From Paramecium tetraurelia (taxonomy: Eukaryota), in NCBI GenBank assembly GCA_000165425.1, contig CT868429.1, positions 385,337-449,336 of the forward strand: a stretch of 64,000 nt of DNA, read 5' to 3'. The position numbers were made by a program, and so were the translations under genes. The notes under the pieces were generated by a model. The model was not told where the DNA came from. It made no database searches and worked only from the letters and a program-made list of their open reading frames with translations. Shown here in pieces: positions 41,746 through 55,337 of this stretch (positions are counted from its first letter, which is position 1; each line of letters starts with the position of its first letter).

Positions 41746-42763
41746 ATGAATCATTCAGATGGTGCTTAATCCCCTCCTTTATTTGGTATGTATCCCCTTC
41801 CATATTGGGCAACAAATTCGCAATTTCTTTTAATGATGAATTTTTAGAATCCATTGATGAGTCCAATTCATAATTTAGGTTCTCCAATTTTAACTTCCAA
41901 CTTAAATTTTCCTCAACCACCTATCAATTTTGATATCAAATGTGATCAATGTAAGGCCTTTCAATATATATCTAGCTTAAATTATAAAGGAAACACCACA
42001 ACCCAAACAACCCTAACAATACTTTAGTCAAATTTAAACTATACAGTAATAAATCGAAGAAATGAACTATGAGGATATAACTCTTGATAATCTAGAGCAA
42101 ATGATACATTTGATATTTGCAGATTCATCCAAAGTCAAAAAAATTATGTAGAAGTTGAAAGAAAAAAAATGTGTGAAAGTCATCAAGATTTTAGAGACTT
42201 TGAACAAGAAAATTAGGTCATAATAAAAGAGTAGAGAAGAATTAATCAAATTTTGTCTTAGAAAAGCATTCCGAGAAATCTTCCATTAAATCCAAGAAAA
42301 AAATACAAAATCAAGTAATTCTATCTTTTACACTTTTTAGAATTGAATCTGAAAGCTGCTTCCAAGCTCTTTTAGTAATCTTACCAGGCAGAAAAACTAA
42401 AATAGATATCCTTACCTTTTAGAAAAAATAGCAAAATTAAAACCATGAATAACCATTTTTTGCATGAATTATTCTAATCTAAATAATTTTAAGATTAGTA
42501 CAAGACCTTTTTAGGTATTATTCTAACCTACTTTTAGATAATCTTGATACGATCATTGAGAATGATAGGAATAAAAAAATTAAAGCCTTAGCCGAAAAAT
42601 CTTGGGAATTTATCTCTTCAAACAGAAAAGTATCATGTTCCATTACAATTAATTTTAGGCATATAGTGTTAAAAGATTACCATGGTCTATTAAGAATATA
42701 GAAAAACTGAAAGAAACAGCTAACGAGTTGCTAAATTACTGCAAGGAATAATAAAAATAATGA
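41746..42763 (+). CDS. Uncharacterised protein with a Pro/Met-rich N-terminus and basic helical C-terminal domain
   Basis: MNHSDGAQSPPLFGMYPLPYW..., in frame after an intron at ~41951. KSREELIKFCLRKAF, LPFRKNSKIKTMN, KRLPWS. TGA at 42761. Confidence 0.8.
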
Positions 42764-43004
42764 ATTTAATATAAGTATTTCAAAATTTATAAATTATTAA
42801 TCTTATTAATGTCCCATTCCAAAGTGAAAAAAAATAATTTGACAAATTCAAGTTTACATTCTAATTATATCAACAATTTTCAAAGTTTATATACTGGATT
42901 TTTTATTTATCATAATTTTTATTTATATTTCACAAAAATACAGGTTAATTTAATAATTAATATAATAATAAATTAAAAAATATATTTTAATATATGTTAA
43001 ATAT

Positions 43005-44511
43005 TCATTTTACTTAATTATATTATTGTTACCCTTGGTACTATTACGATTAATTATACGATGATGTTTATTGTTATTCCCTCACAGAAACCAATTTATA
43101 CCCCTTTCCACTTTTGATGGCTTCTATAATGGCTTAAGTCATGGCAATGTCTTCCATATTACTCTAATGTTTAAAGTTCAAAGTATTATATTTTTGTCTT
43201 AATTATTACAGTTCTTATTCTTTATATTTAGTGGCTTCGTCAGTGGGGTCTTATCTGTAGATCATCAAATTAAGTTTATTTCTTATATCTATACTTGATT
43301 TTTGTTTGATTTTGAGTTAGTTTTCTAATTACAAAATCTCTTATTTAGCTTATTCAACCTAATGCAATTTATATGACTTTTACTTTGAATGAATCTTCTG
43401 TGCTTTTCTTAACTTAAGACCCAGTTCGTTGATGTTAAAGGCTTCCTTATTTTTGAAGGCTTATCTAATTCATTAATTCATAGACTCTCTCTTGAAGTTC
43501 ATACACTTTGTATCTCCAATAGTTTTCAACTTATTCTTATGGGCTTAATTACTATTCTTGAATAGTTGTTACAGACTCCTATACAATTTATTAAGGGCTT
43601 GTAATCACTTGGTAATTTTACACTTGGGGTATCTATTGGAAAACATAATTTTATTATGACACTTAAGGAATGATTTGTGGTTACTGAGCACTGATTTATA
43701 AATTTTGTACAGGAGACTATTATAATTGTTAAGTAGTGTTAGATATTATTTATTAGGCTTATGGCACACTTAATTGAATATTTTAAATTGGTGATTGTTG
43801 AATCTATTGAGAATATAAGTACTCATTTCTAGGAGGAGTATTAATGATTTAAGAAAAGTTTTGTACAGTTGTGGTATTTCTTGCAGTCAAGGGTTAGCCA
43901 ACAGTTTAGGACATGACTACCTCTGGTGCTTAATAAACAACTAAGGAAATAAAGATGTAGCAATACCATTATTTTGTGTGGTCACTACTTCTTTGCCATG
44001 CAAACCATGTTAACAGAGATAGCATTACTCTTCATATTTTCCGGAATAAAAAGTCGAAATTTATTGTGATTTATTAATTGTTGCTTTATCAATGACTTTT
44101 TGCTCTATAGGTATTTATTATGTTATTCTGTTGTTATACTCAATGGGCTTAAGTTGGTTGTGTTAAATTTGTTGAGTTTAAATGAGTTGTGAATTATATT
44201 GCATTTGGTTTGGTTGTAAAATTTCAATCTATTGAGTAGTGTTTTAAATGTTGTTTTGGTTGTTTTAAGTGAATCCTCTTTTTACTGGTATTGGTTGTCC
44301 TACAGTTTGAGAAACTATAACCTCAGGGGTTGAGTAGACAACTACATTTATATAAATTATGAAATTGAATACCTTATGGTTCTCCTACAATGATTCCACT
44401 CGAATGAGCCTATTGTTCTGCGCCATGTAATCCATGTTGGCAAAGGTAACACTATTATTCAAATTTAGGTGAATAGAATGTCGCAATTGATTCTTATTTT
44501 GTTATTGACAT
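43005..44511 (-). CDS. Orphan Gln-rich and coiled-coil protein with two copies of a CxxCxHxxH module
   Basis: TFYSPKFEQQCYLCQHGLHG and TFYSGKYEEQCYLCQHGLHG. C-terminal coil beginning QVENYWRYKVYELQERV; TGA at 43005. Confidence 0.82.
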
Positions 44512-44867
44512 ATTTTTTTAATGAAATAAAAGGAAATAAATTTTATCAAATAATTTCTTAATATTTTTTCAAAGTATTTTTAATATTATCAAAGATGATA
44601 AGGCTAACAAATTTAATTTACAAAATTGAAATATAGATTGAAATTAGGGTAGTTCCTGTTAGTTCTTTTTTCTGAATAGGGATTATCTGAATTTAAATTT
44701 ACAAAATTTGAAAAAGAGAAGCGTTACTTAAAAATTGCTTCGCTTTAAGAATTTTGAATTTAGAAACTTAGATTTTAAGGGTAAGAATCCAATACTAGGT
44801 TTCTTAGTCACTGAAAAAAATTAAAATGAATAATTTGTATAATAATTATTATATATTCGTTTTTTTA

Positions 44868-46945
44868 ATGTCGGGTATCTACTTGGCTTTAGGAGTGTTA
44901 TTGGTTATGTCCAATCTAAATCTTGGAGTAACTCAATGGTTACCTACATATGAGGCATTCAGAAGTGAAAATATCGACGATCTAAATGGTACAGTTTAAT
45001 GTCAGCAAGCATAGGATGGGTAATCCAAAATCAATATGAAGCTACATTTGATGTTGTAACGAAATGCGGGCCAATATAAATTTTAGGAGGATTGAGGTCT
45101 TTCGGTTCCCAAACTACAATAACAAAGATGATAAAGATTCCTCCACATTATAGACTTAAATTTATAATACAATTATGGAAGTACTACCCAAAAGTTATGT
45201 AGAATAGGCGATTGGGAAAATGATAAAATTTAAGTGTTTGTGGATGGCGTGCCTTGGGAAATGAAATGGGGTTTCACAGAAGGAGGAAAACAAATATGTG
45301 GTGGTCCGAAAATTCCTAACAGTGATAAAGTTTATGACGTCGAATTTGAGGTAGCTCATAATTCCCCAACAGCTACTATCGTCGTAGCTAGTACCTAAGT
45401 TTAGAAAGCAGATAAATAGGCGTGGGGCATACGAAATATAAAAATCTCTTTTAAGGAATGTCCTTCCCAATGTGGAATATGCCATAATGATAAAGCCAAT
45501 GAGTGCAAATATTGGAAGTAAGTTGATCTTAGTTGGTTTCATACTGACACTTCATTGGAAGGATGGAATTTACAAGATGGCAAATAAAAATCATTTTAAT
45601 GCTCAGGAATTGTAATGTTTGGAGGTCCCAACAATATTGGAAGTAAGGCCGTTTTAATTAAATAAACAAAAAATCTACCTCCTCATTAAAAAGTAATGAT
45701 CAAATTCACTTTATGGAAGGTATCGCAATATCATATAATTTTAAGTTTGGATTATGGGATAACGATCAATTCTAAGTGTATATTGACGATGAGTAAGTGT
45801 ACAAGCAGACATTCTAAAAACTGGATGGATTAAGCATATGTGGAGAGTAATCCCTATTATTTATAGTATTTAGTTCCAAACCAGGGTGTGGGTAGAAATT
45901 GGTGAACATAGAAATAATCTAAAAGCATAAAAAGAATGAAATGACAGTGAAATTCACTTCATCTTTAAAGTAAGGTACTAATTTTTTAACAATATTTTAG
46001 ATCCTGAAGATCAATCATGGGGTGTAAGAGATTTCTTTGCTTTTGCAGCCGAATGTCCAAAATTCTGTAAGAGTTGCTTTGGATCAGGAGATAGCGAATG
46101 TTTAAAATGTGAAGAAACGCATTAATTAATTGAAGGGAAATGTGTCAATAAAGATGATTGGTTTATTTTAACTAAAGAATTCAATGAACCTTAGAGTTTT
46201 AAAAAGATCAAGGAATGGTAGATCGAAAACATCGATCCTATTCAATCTGAAGTCGAAACTTCACCTATCACTTAATGTGGTAAGGATGTCAGCATTTTTG
46301 GAGGCTACAAAATATTGGCTAAAGTAAATTAGATTATAATATTCAGAAATCAATAGTTTCAAAAGTTTACTCCAATATTCCAGCACATAATTTCTTGAGA
46401 TTACGAATCACTATGTACAAGATAGACAGATGGGATGGAGAAGAGTTGATTATTCTAGGGGATGATAAATTGATATGGAGTCAACTCTTGGGTTGGAATG
46501 ACCCAGGTCAATCAAATATATGTGGGGATCCAAAAAGTCCATGGAAGGAAAGAATTATGTTTATAGATTAAGTCATATAACATAATAAAGATGAATTCAA
46601 ATTGACCATCACATCCACCTTATAAGCAACTGCGGAGATTGCTTCATGGGGGTTTAGGGATGTTATGTTGCTTTATTCACCCATAAAAGAGTGTATTACT
46701 ATATTTAGTGAATGCAACTATTAAGGTGAATAAGGATAGATTTGTGATAATATTGAAGAATTAAACAAAGTATAAATTCAGTATTTTATGGGTAGTTTGA
46801 TTTTTAAATAAAGTCTATGCAAATACCTGAAGGATTGAAATTTGTTGGTTTCAAGAATGCCAAATTCAAGGGAGACAGAGTTGAGTACACAACAAATTAG
46901 AAATGTCTTGAAGATATTCAATTTTCATTCATCTAAAGAATATGA
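44868..46945 (+). CDS. Secreted protein with three Cys-containing repeats and a C-terminal beta/gamma-crystallin-like domain
   Basis: Signal peptide MSGIYLALGVLLVM; three CG/SG..GG...PPH/PAH...W..D...ICG...H...WG.R repeats; tail CITIFSECNYQGE...IKSMQIPEGL...FKG. Many tiny introns. Confidence 0.85.
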
Positions 46946-47076
46946 GCCACATAAATACAATTTCATTTTATGTTGATAATTCCACTAAGATATTATTAAA
47001 TGTTCTCCTTATTTTTATAGTAAGTTATTCTTTAATCTTATTATAAGGATTGATAAATTAATATATAAATAATCTA

Positions 47077-47978
47077 ATGACAAGCAATAATAATGGATTC
47101 AATGATCAAGAATTATTAAGACTAATTCAGCAAGAATTTCAATAGGATAAATCCCCTGTGTATGATGAAATTAGTAATTAATACTCATCGGTTAGTGATG
47201 ATGAAGAGATAATTATAAGAGATCCATCATCTTAAATAAGTAAATCCATTTAAAATTATTTTAGCTGATGAATCTTCATTATCACAACAATAAGAAAAGA
47301 AAAAAAGTAGATGGAAATATGTAATATTAATTAATTTTACTTAGTGTTGTTAATAATGTACTAAATCTGACAAAGGTTCTATTAAACCTAAGACTTGTGT
47401 TTGTATTGTACCTGCTTCATAGAGGAGAATTTAAATTGGTGAACAAGGATGTTTGTCTTGTCATTGCACGGGATGCTCTATCGAGGATGAGAAGAAGAAA
47501 TAAAAAAAAATAAAAAGGAAGAGGAAATCATCTTCGGATTCAAGTTCAGATGAATCTTCGGATTTTAAAACTGTGAATGGATGTTGCAAGAAATGCATGA
47601 AGGCATTCTCTAAAAAAGGGAAAGAAGCTAAAGTTTAGATATTATTCAATTTATATAGTCATGTTTATGCCAGGTTCCAAGGGCTGTCAGAAAGAAACCT
47701 CTTCCTCCACATGGGTGTCAGTATTGCGGATGTCATGGATGTAATCCAGAGGATAAGAAAAAGGAGAAGCCTAAAAAAAATAGTCGATAATTATCTCCTG
47801 TGTCTAGCGATTTGAATGAACAAAATCTTAATAACTTCTAAATTGCTCGTAATATTGGGTTATGATGTTAGCTTTAATTTAATTTCTAAATTCTCAGAAT
47901 ATCAATCCAGGCATTTTAGGAATAGGTATACCATAAAGGACATACTCATATATATATGGGAAGGAACAAGGACGTTGA
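47077..47978 (+). CDS. Orphan protein with two tandem 9-cysteine modules
   Basis: CCQQC..CVCIVP..RR..GCLSCHCTGC and CCKKC..CLCQVP..RK..GCQYCGCHGC separated by a basic/Ser-rich linker. Ends at 47978 if the last 23-nt intron is spliced, otherwise at 47865. Confidence 0.82.
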
Positions 47979-48318
47979 GAATAAAAACTTATTAAATTAT
48001 TTATAATCATAAACTCTTTTAATCAATCAATGAGCGTAGTAATTTTATTATTCAATAGCAAAAGAATTAATAAAGTTAAGAGGAACCGAAAACATACAAA
48101 ACCAGCACATATTTATAAAATCAAAATAGGATCGATTGATTTTATATATAGAGACCATTACCATTTCAAACCAATTTAAAAAAGACTAATACTACAATTC
48201 ATTTCTTCCAAATCTCATGGATAATCTATTAAATGTAGAAGTGAAAAAATAAAAAATTGAGAATCCTTCTTTTTTTATATGAATAACAAAATTTAATTAT
48301 GATTTATAATTACCACTC

Positions 48319-49886
48319 TCATTCCATTTGATTGTTGGCAAACAATCTTAAAAAATCCTATCCTAATGAGGTTTGAAATGGAACTTTAATAGGTTCATCA
48401 CTTCTTTAAATGGCAGAACTATTATTATATTTTATAACTATTTAAGCTTCATTTCTTAAATGAGCTGAAGTAATTTGAGAATTAAGTGGGGAACGTAACT
48501 AATTCTATTTAAGATTTGCTGATTTAGGATGTCTTTACTAATTCAACTTATTTGCATCATCAGTATGATATCCTTGGAAATCATGTTATTGAAACTTTTT
48601 GAAGTTCATCTTATTGTTCATTTTAAAAAAATCTAGATCAAATTCGCCATCATTTTCTTCTTAAATCTCTTAAAATAATAATCAATAAAGTTAATTACTT
48701 TCATCATTTATTTATGCATACATATTTTTGATGGGAATGTCAACACTATCTCTCTGGACATTATTTGCACAATTTTCCAATGGCAATTCCAGTCCAGTAG
48801 CTTTTGGAGGAGTTTTGTGTCTGGATGGAGGTCGTTCTTCATTATTGGTTTCCTATAATTCATTTAAATCATTTTATTTTCTTCTATATCCTGACCGAAT
48901 GGAGATCAACTCCTATATTTATGGCTATGACTTACTTACCTTTGGAGATGCTTTGAGATTTGTATCAACGATTTCTTAATTGTCTTATTCTTCCTCTAAG
49001 ATGATATTTGCTTCATATTCCAATAATTCACATTCAGTCTCTTTTTTCTTCTCATAATTCTAGTCTGCCTAATTTAAGGAATTCATAAATCTCTTTCTTC
49101 TTCCACCTTCAGAAGTCTAAGGCCTATTTATTTGATTATGGTTATTTCTCAGACTTGTTATTGGTTCTTCCTTAATCAAAGACTTATTTTAACTATGACT
49201 TAGATAATACTCTGATACATTTAGTCATCATTCTAAATTGGCAATTGAAAATTCTGGTGATCTTCACTATCTGCTTCATTTGATTCATTTGAGAAACAAT
49301 CATTAATGAATTGGTTTGCTCCAATATTATCTAAATCAATATCCTCTTTTTCATCTCTTGGAGTCAATTGTTCTTATTATTCCTCATCACTCCCTAAATT
49401 ATCACAACAGAGTTTGTTTTCGATTAGATTTTATTGGGTCAGAGGTCGGCCATCATTCAATCTAAGTGGTCTAATGCCCTATTAAGTAAAGGCTCGAGAT
49501 TGTTAAGACTACGACTTCAAATCATAACGTTGTCGCTCATACTCTTGACTTTTCCTTTTAGATAATTGAGACTTTTGGGCATATATCTTAGAGATTTGCT
49601 GGATGTTGCTATTCGTTTTGGGTGCTTGCCTGCAATTCATAGAGAGATATCTTACATAATCCTATTGTAGGGATTGGGAGCCATATGAATTACAGTTGTC
49701 AATGGTTGCTAGTAGGGACTTTTTAATTATAATCGTTCTTTTCGAGACTATTAAGGAGCTGTTCCTCCTCTCTTTAGATTTTCCCTAAACTAATGTACAT
49801 CCTTCATAATACCCTTAATTTGTGAACCAACTCAAGTAAAATGGCTATTATTGTTGTTATTGTTATCCCTTCTTTGGTTTAAACAT
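48319..49886 (-). CDS. Uncharacterised low-complexity (likely disordered) protein
   Basis: MFKPKKGQQQQQQPFYLSWF start, D/E/S/Q-rich body, C-terminus VPFQTSLGQDFLRLFANNQME*. Internal junctions not all resolved. Confidence 0.7.
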
Positions 49887-49922
49887 TTAATATAATATAA
49901 TGGTAAACACTCAAATAATATG

Positions 49923-50580
49923 TCATCTTTAACCGCTACCTAAATATTGGCTGAAATTAGTTAATGGAAACTGTTGTCCTTGTCTCTACTAACTCATTTA
50001 TACTTATTGTATAAGCTAAAATGTATATGTGAATTACATGTTGGCTAACATTAGAGAAATACCCATCTTGTCCCTAAGGTTTTTTGATAGGAACTTGATT
50101 AGACTTAATCTCATCTTTAGGAATGATATCCATCAAAAAGTCAAAGATCTCTGTGTTGTAAATACATGTTGCGATGTCAGTCTTTTAGAGTGTTCTTCTT
50201 TTGCCATCTTCAGTGAATTGCCATGCTCTGTGTGTTAATTCAATTATAAAAATTTCGCATGCTTTTGCAAATAGAACTGGGGTTTCTTAGGCTATCATCT
50301 AACAAAATAAATAGAAAACAATACTCTGACATCTTCATCTGATTTCATAATCTTCTTAACCCTCGCTAATGGCAACTAGTGGTTTTTGAATAGCTCAGGA
50401 TCTGTTTCTTAAACAAATAAATACCTTTGGGCATCTACATTATTTCCTCTTTCAATTCAACTAATTTCTCTTTCAATTTTTTCATATGTTCCTATTGATG
50501 GACATCCTATGAGTAAATTTTTAGAAAACAAATACTACATAATGGTTTTGTATATCAAATTATTCATTTGGTTATTACAT
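49923..50580 (-). CDS. NFYC: CCAAT-binding factor subunit C (NF-YC/Hap5, histone fold)
   Basis: [62 protein letters not shown]...FDFLMDIIP. Three tiny introns. Confidence 0.95.
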
Positions 50581-50604
50581 TTTAAATATAATTTTATAAA
50601 TATT

Positions 50605-52579
50605 TCATTCATTCTAAATATTATTTGTATTATCGATCTCATCCACCTTTAAGATTTGATTATTTTTTACTACTTTTGTATTACCCAAAACTTCAATTGT
50701 AAATGAATCAAAACTCTTTGTCATTTATTTAAGATTAGTTGATGAACTCAATGATAATTTTTACAGAGAATCGTGATCACTATTCAAAGATCGACTTATG
50801 ATATCCCGTTGTCCTTATTAAAATTAATTATTTAATGAATTAGATAGGTTACGAATTCTCTTTCCTTATTACTATTATTAGTTCTCCTGAATCTATTAGT
50901 CATCCTCTTGATCTTTCAAATCCATTTTATGAAATACATTTTTCAATTTATTTAAAGTATCCATACCCGAGAAGGCTCCAATCAATTTATCATCTTCATC
51001 TGAGTCCTCATTATTGTTTAAACTATCAATTGGAGATTGTCGATTCAAGCAATCAATGAAAATATTATCCTTAGGCTCAATTATTTCATCAATACATTCA
51101 TCATCAATAGCAGAGACGATAATAGGATAATCAATTGAAGGAGTCTCAGAATCCTCTCCCAGTCTATATTTATGTCTTTCCTCATATAATTCTATTTGTT
51201 CTTTTGATGCTTTCCAAAACTGGGATCTTTTAAGAATGTTCTCTATCTACATTAATTCATTATAATATGGTAAGAAATCGCTATCCCTTATCAGTTTAAC
51301 CTACAATTATTATTAGAAGATTATTATCTGTCTATTAAAAAACATAATCTACTGCGCATGCAATTTATACTTAGTAAAAATCTATACGCACCAAAAAGGA
51401 TGAAAATCACTTATTGCTCTATCTAATATGAAAATGATCATATTATTCACATATGAGATAAAAATATCTGAATTTTTAAACTTTTTTACTAAATTTAAGA
51501 TAATCTCCATCACATTTGATTTATCTATCTTATTCCATAACTCTATGTCTGAAATTCTCACTAAATTATCTACAATCTAATGATAGTGCAATCACATACT
51601 TCAACTAGTTTCACTGCTAACAATCCTAATCTGCAATTATTTAATAAAGCATCATTCAAAATATTCTTAATGATTTAAATGTCAAATGTCTTATAAAAGT
51701 CAGTCTACCTAAAGGTCTCTATTATACTCTCACTACTGGGCTCGTCTAAATACAGATTTTGCAAATCCAAAGAATAAAAATTCGATATTAATGATAATAT
51801 ATGGGCTGCGTTCTTTCTTACTCTATTAATATTAGTCAACAAAATATTTATACATAAAACTCAATCTGCAATCGTCTAAAATCTCTAGCGATTTTGCTAT
51901 TACCTTTCTTGACAATAGGAAATTTATTAATTCCTAAGTAGCTATTCTTGTGATAATCTCATGTATTAAAAAAGTAAAATTTATAGCAGTGCAGGGATCG
52001 AATTCATGAAATTATGTGAAACCCTATTAGAGAAACATGAGTTGTTGATCATGATATTAATTTTCAAAAAACAGCAAAATTATTAAGGCCACACTCTTAT
52101 TATGTAAATGAGGTAAAAATTTGATGAGTAAAAATTCTTTCTCGAACAAGGCTTTGGGAATTAAAGACCAAGATTGTTACTTGATAAACTATAAGAACTT
52201 ATGTGCCTAAGCCCATTATGCATCTGGGACATTTTAATAGTTTAGTAACTCATATACATATGTTGAATTATTCTAAATATTATTAAAGTAGTCGTACCTC
52301 TATTTATTATAAAATCTATTCAGTATTAAGATCTATTATTTCCCACACTTTCGAAATAAGATCTGAGTATAGAATATATTGAGATTTGTGAATATGATCG
52401 TAATTTGTAAATAGTATCCTCAATAATTAATGGGCATTTTTTATTAAGAATTCAATGGCTATTGCATCTAATGCTCTAACATATTTCATGAATGTTTCTA
52501 GTGACAATAAAATAGTTAAGTCTGAATTCGCATCTTGAATCAATTATTCAACGATATAAATTGTATTATCGTTGTACAT
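50605..52579 (-). CDS. Divergent SIT4-associated/PP6 regulatory subunit (SAPS)-like protein
   Basis: N-terminal EQLIQDANSDLTILLSLE..AIEFL and RLGLLAVKLVEIVDNLV...NVMEIILNLVKKFKNSDIFISYV parallel SAPS motifs. Acidic C-terminal region. Confidence 0.6.
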
Positions 52580-53521
52580 TTATTATAATATTATATATAA
52601 TTATCATAAAAACGTATTGAAGTTCTTCTCGTTGTTTAGTTCATAATTTAGGCTGATGATGTAATGTAATTCTAAAATATAATTTTGAATTAAATTACTA
52701 CTGTTTAATTAGGCACTGCAATTTTTAGTCTCTTAATTTCATTTCATATTCATTTACCAATAAGTTTAGTTCCTAATATCCTTAAATCATGCACTCTTTA
52801 TCATAGATGTATCAGAGATAAGAAAAACTATTTTAGATAATTAATAATAGCCCTCATTTATTAGAGGTTAAGTTAAATTTCATCTATTACCTGTCTATTC
52901 TATTAATTAATATATCAAATATATTTTATTTTCAATTATGATAGTTTTTTCATTTATTTTTATCTTATATTTTGTATTAATTTCTAGGCTTCTAATTATT
53001 GGTCAAAATTTTGGTTTCAATTTGTTAAATTTATTTTTATGTATATAATTGATACTAATCAACAATATGTTTAATTTTTGAGGGTTGTAAATTTAATGAT
53101 TTCTATTTCAATCTCTAACTCTAAGTTTGAATCTGTACTAGTTTTAATTGTTTTTATCATAGTTTATAAATTTTGTTTTTTTTGTAAAATTAAGTAAAAA
53201 TTTCTTAGTTTTGAATTTCAATTCTTATGTTATCAAATTCTTTCAACGCAAGAGTTACATTTCTCCTTTGTTTTTATCCATCTCTTATGGTTAAGCCTGC
53301 TTTTCGTTAAAAATAAAGTTGCTGTTTTTAATATTCAACATTAGGAATTATACACTATTTAATAAATTTTCCATTTATAATTCTAAAACCAAAGACTTTT
53401 ACTTCAAATGAAGTAGTAACATGTAATTATTTTATGAGTTCAAGATATAGGGATTTGATTTTGATTTAAGCACATTTCTTTTTCTTTACTCATTATCTTT
53501 AATTCATAAATAAATATTTTA

Positions 53522-54430
53522 ATGTAAATAAAGTCTAAGTTCAGATTCTTTGATATTGCTGCCAACCTTACAGATGATTAATTTTATGGAATGTATCATC
53601 ATAAGAAATACCATTAACCTGATTATAAAGATGTAATGAAAAGAGCCACTGACATTGGTTGTGAGCATCTATTAATCGCGAGTGGATGCTTGGGTGATTT
53701 GAAAAAGGCAAGAGAATTATGTCAACTGAGTCCACATTATTATACTACAGCAGGTATACATCCCTGTCGTGCTGCTGAGCTTAATTAAAACTCTTAAGGA
53801 TATATGGAAGAATTGAGAGACCAATTAGAATTGGCACTTAAAGAAAAAAAATTAGTGGCCATTGGTGAATGTGGATTAGATTATGATAGATTGGAATGGT
53901 CAACAAAGGAAGAATAGATGATTGCTTTTGAACCTCATTTTGAATTGGCTGAAAAATATAAATTACCAATGTACCTCCATAATAGGAATACAGGAGATGA
54001 TTTTTACAATATTGTATAGAAGAATAGACATCGAATTGTTGGTGGAGTTGTGCATTCATTTACAGGACCTTTGGATGAGTTGTAGAAGATCTTACACTTG
54101 GATCTCTATGTAGGAGTCAATGGTTGTTCTTTAAAGTCTTAGGAAAATATTGATGTTGCAAAACAAATCCCTTTGGATAAATTACTGTTAGAGACTGACT
54201 CACCATATTGTGAAATTAGAAATACCCACGCTTCTAGCAAACTTGTTAAAACTTAATTCTAGGCTCAAAAAACTGAAAAGTGGAAAGAAGGACAATTAAT
54301 TAAGAGTAGAAATGAACCTTGCAAAATAATCTAAGTACTAGAGGTGATGTCTGAATTATTGAAAATAGATTAGGATAAATTGTCAGAAATCTGCTTTTAA
54401 AATTCTTTAAAGTGTTTTGGGTTAGTATGA
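53522..54430 (+). CDS. TATDN1: TatD-family deoxyribonuclease (TATDN1-type), 302 aa
   Basis: Intronless. [68 protein letters not shown]. Confidence 0.95.
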
Positions 54431-54449
54431 TATTAATATCTATAAATTA

Positions 54450-55337
54450 ATGTAATTTATATAAAAATAACATATTCCTAAGGCTCTCAGTTTTATTTAA
54501 GCTGTGGAATTCCTTGCTGAGTACTTAGGTAAATCATCAGAAAGTATTGATTTGTATCTAATAAAGAACGAATTTATAAATATTTCTTAGGCTTGGAAAT
54601 ATTGAAATTGATTGTAAAACTTAGAAAATGGTAATTGGTGGATAAGTGTGGTCTAATGATTTCAGAAAATAACAACTATTCCGAAACAGATTAGCAGGAA
54701 GATGAAGCTGCCTTGCAATTCCAGGAAAATTTGAGTGCCTTAGAATATAATCCCTAAGTTGTCAATGAAAAATCTGTCAAAGATGAACTCAAATCAATCA
54801 AAGACCCTATTCCTAAATTCAACCTTGGATATTACGATGTGATTCAAGACAAATAAGCTTCTCTTTTAACAATGCTCCCTATTCCAAACGATGTGAAGTA
54901 GAAAGATTATGATTCCAAACTAAATTAAATAAGAGTAATTTTGTAATTTGCCACAATTAGATTAAAATTGGAGAAGTCTTGCATCTCATCCGTCCATTAA
55001 TCTATTGTACATTGATTCTCAAGCATGGAGGAGATAGCTATACTCCATACATTGTTTCATTCTTAATTGATGTCCTAAGATTTGTAATAGAATTCCAAAT
55101 TAAAATATATCGAAAAAGTTAGAAAGAGGAACTCAAAATCAGAACAAAAGAAGCCATAGTATAACTATATAAATAATCAAGATCTGCTACATCTTAAGGA
55201 ATCCATTTTACAGTACAATTGTGAAGCAGATGATCTTAAGCAATACTTTGGGTAAGATCTTAAATCCATAAGGATGGATCTATCGTCTTGTAATCGCATT
55301 AATTGAATTAAGATCATCAAAGTGTCTTTTATTGTGA
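54450..55337 (+). CDS. PEX16: Peroxisomal membrane biogenesis protein Pex16-like
   Basis: LSFIQAVEFLAEY, LEILKLIVKL, IGEVLHLIRPLIY, SYTPYIVSFLID, EELKIR, YILRNPFY match Pex16 motifs. Three introns. Confidence 0.8.

Noticed and set aside
41687..41920. Minus-strand 77-aa ORF in the track
   Set aside because: Antisense shadow of the plus-strand gene starting at 41746.
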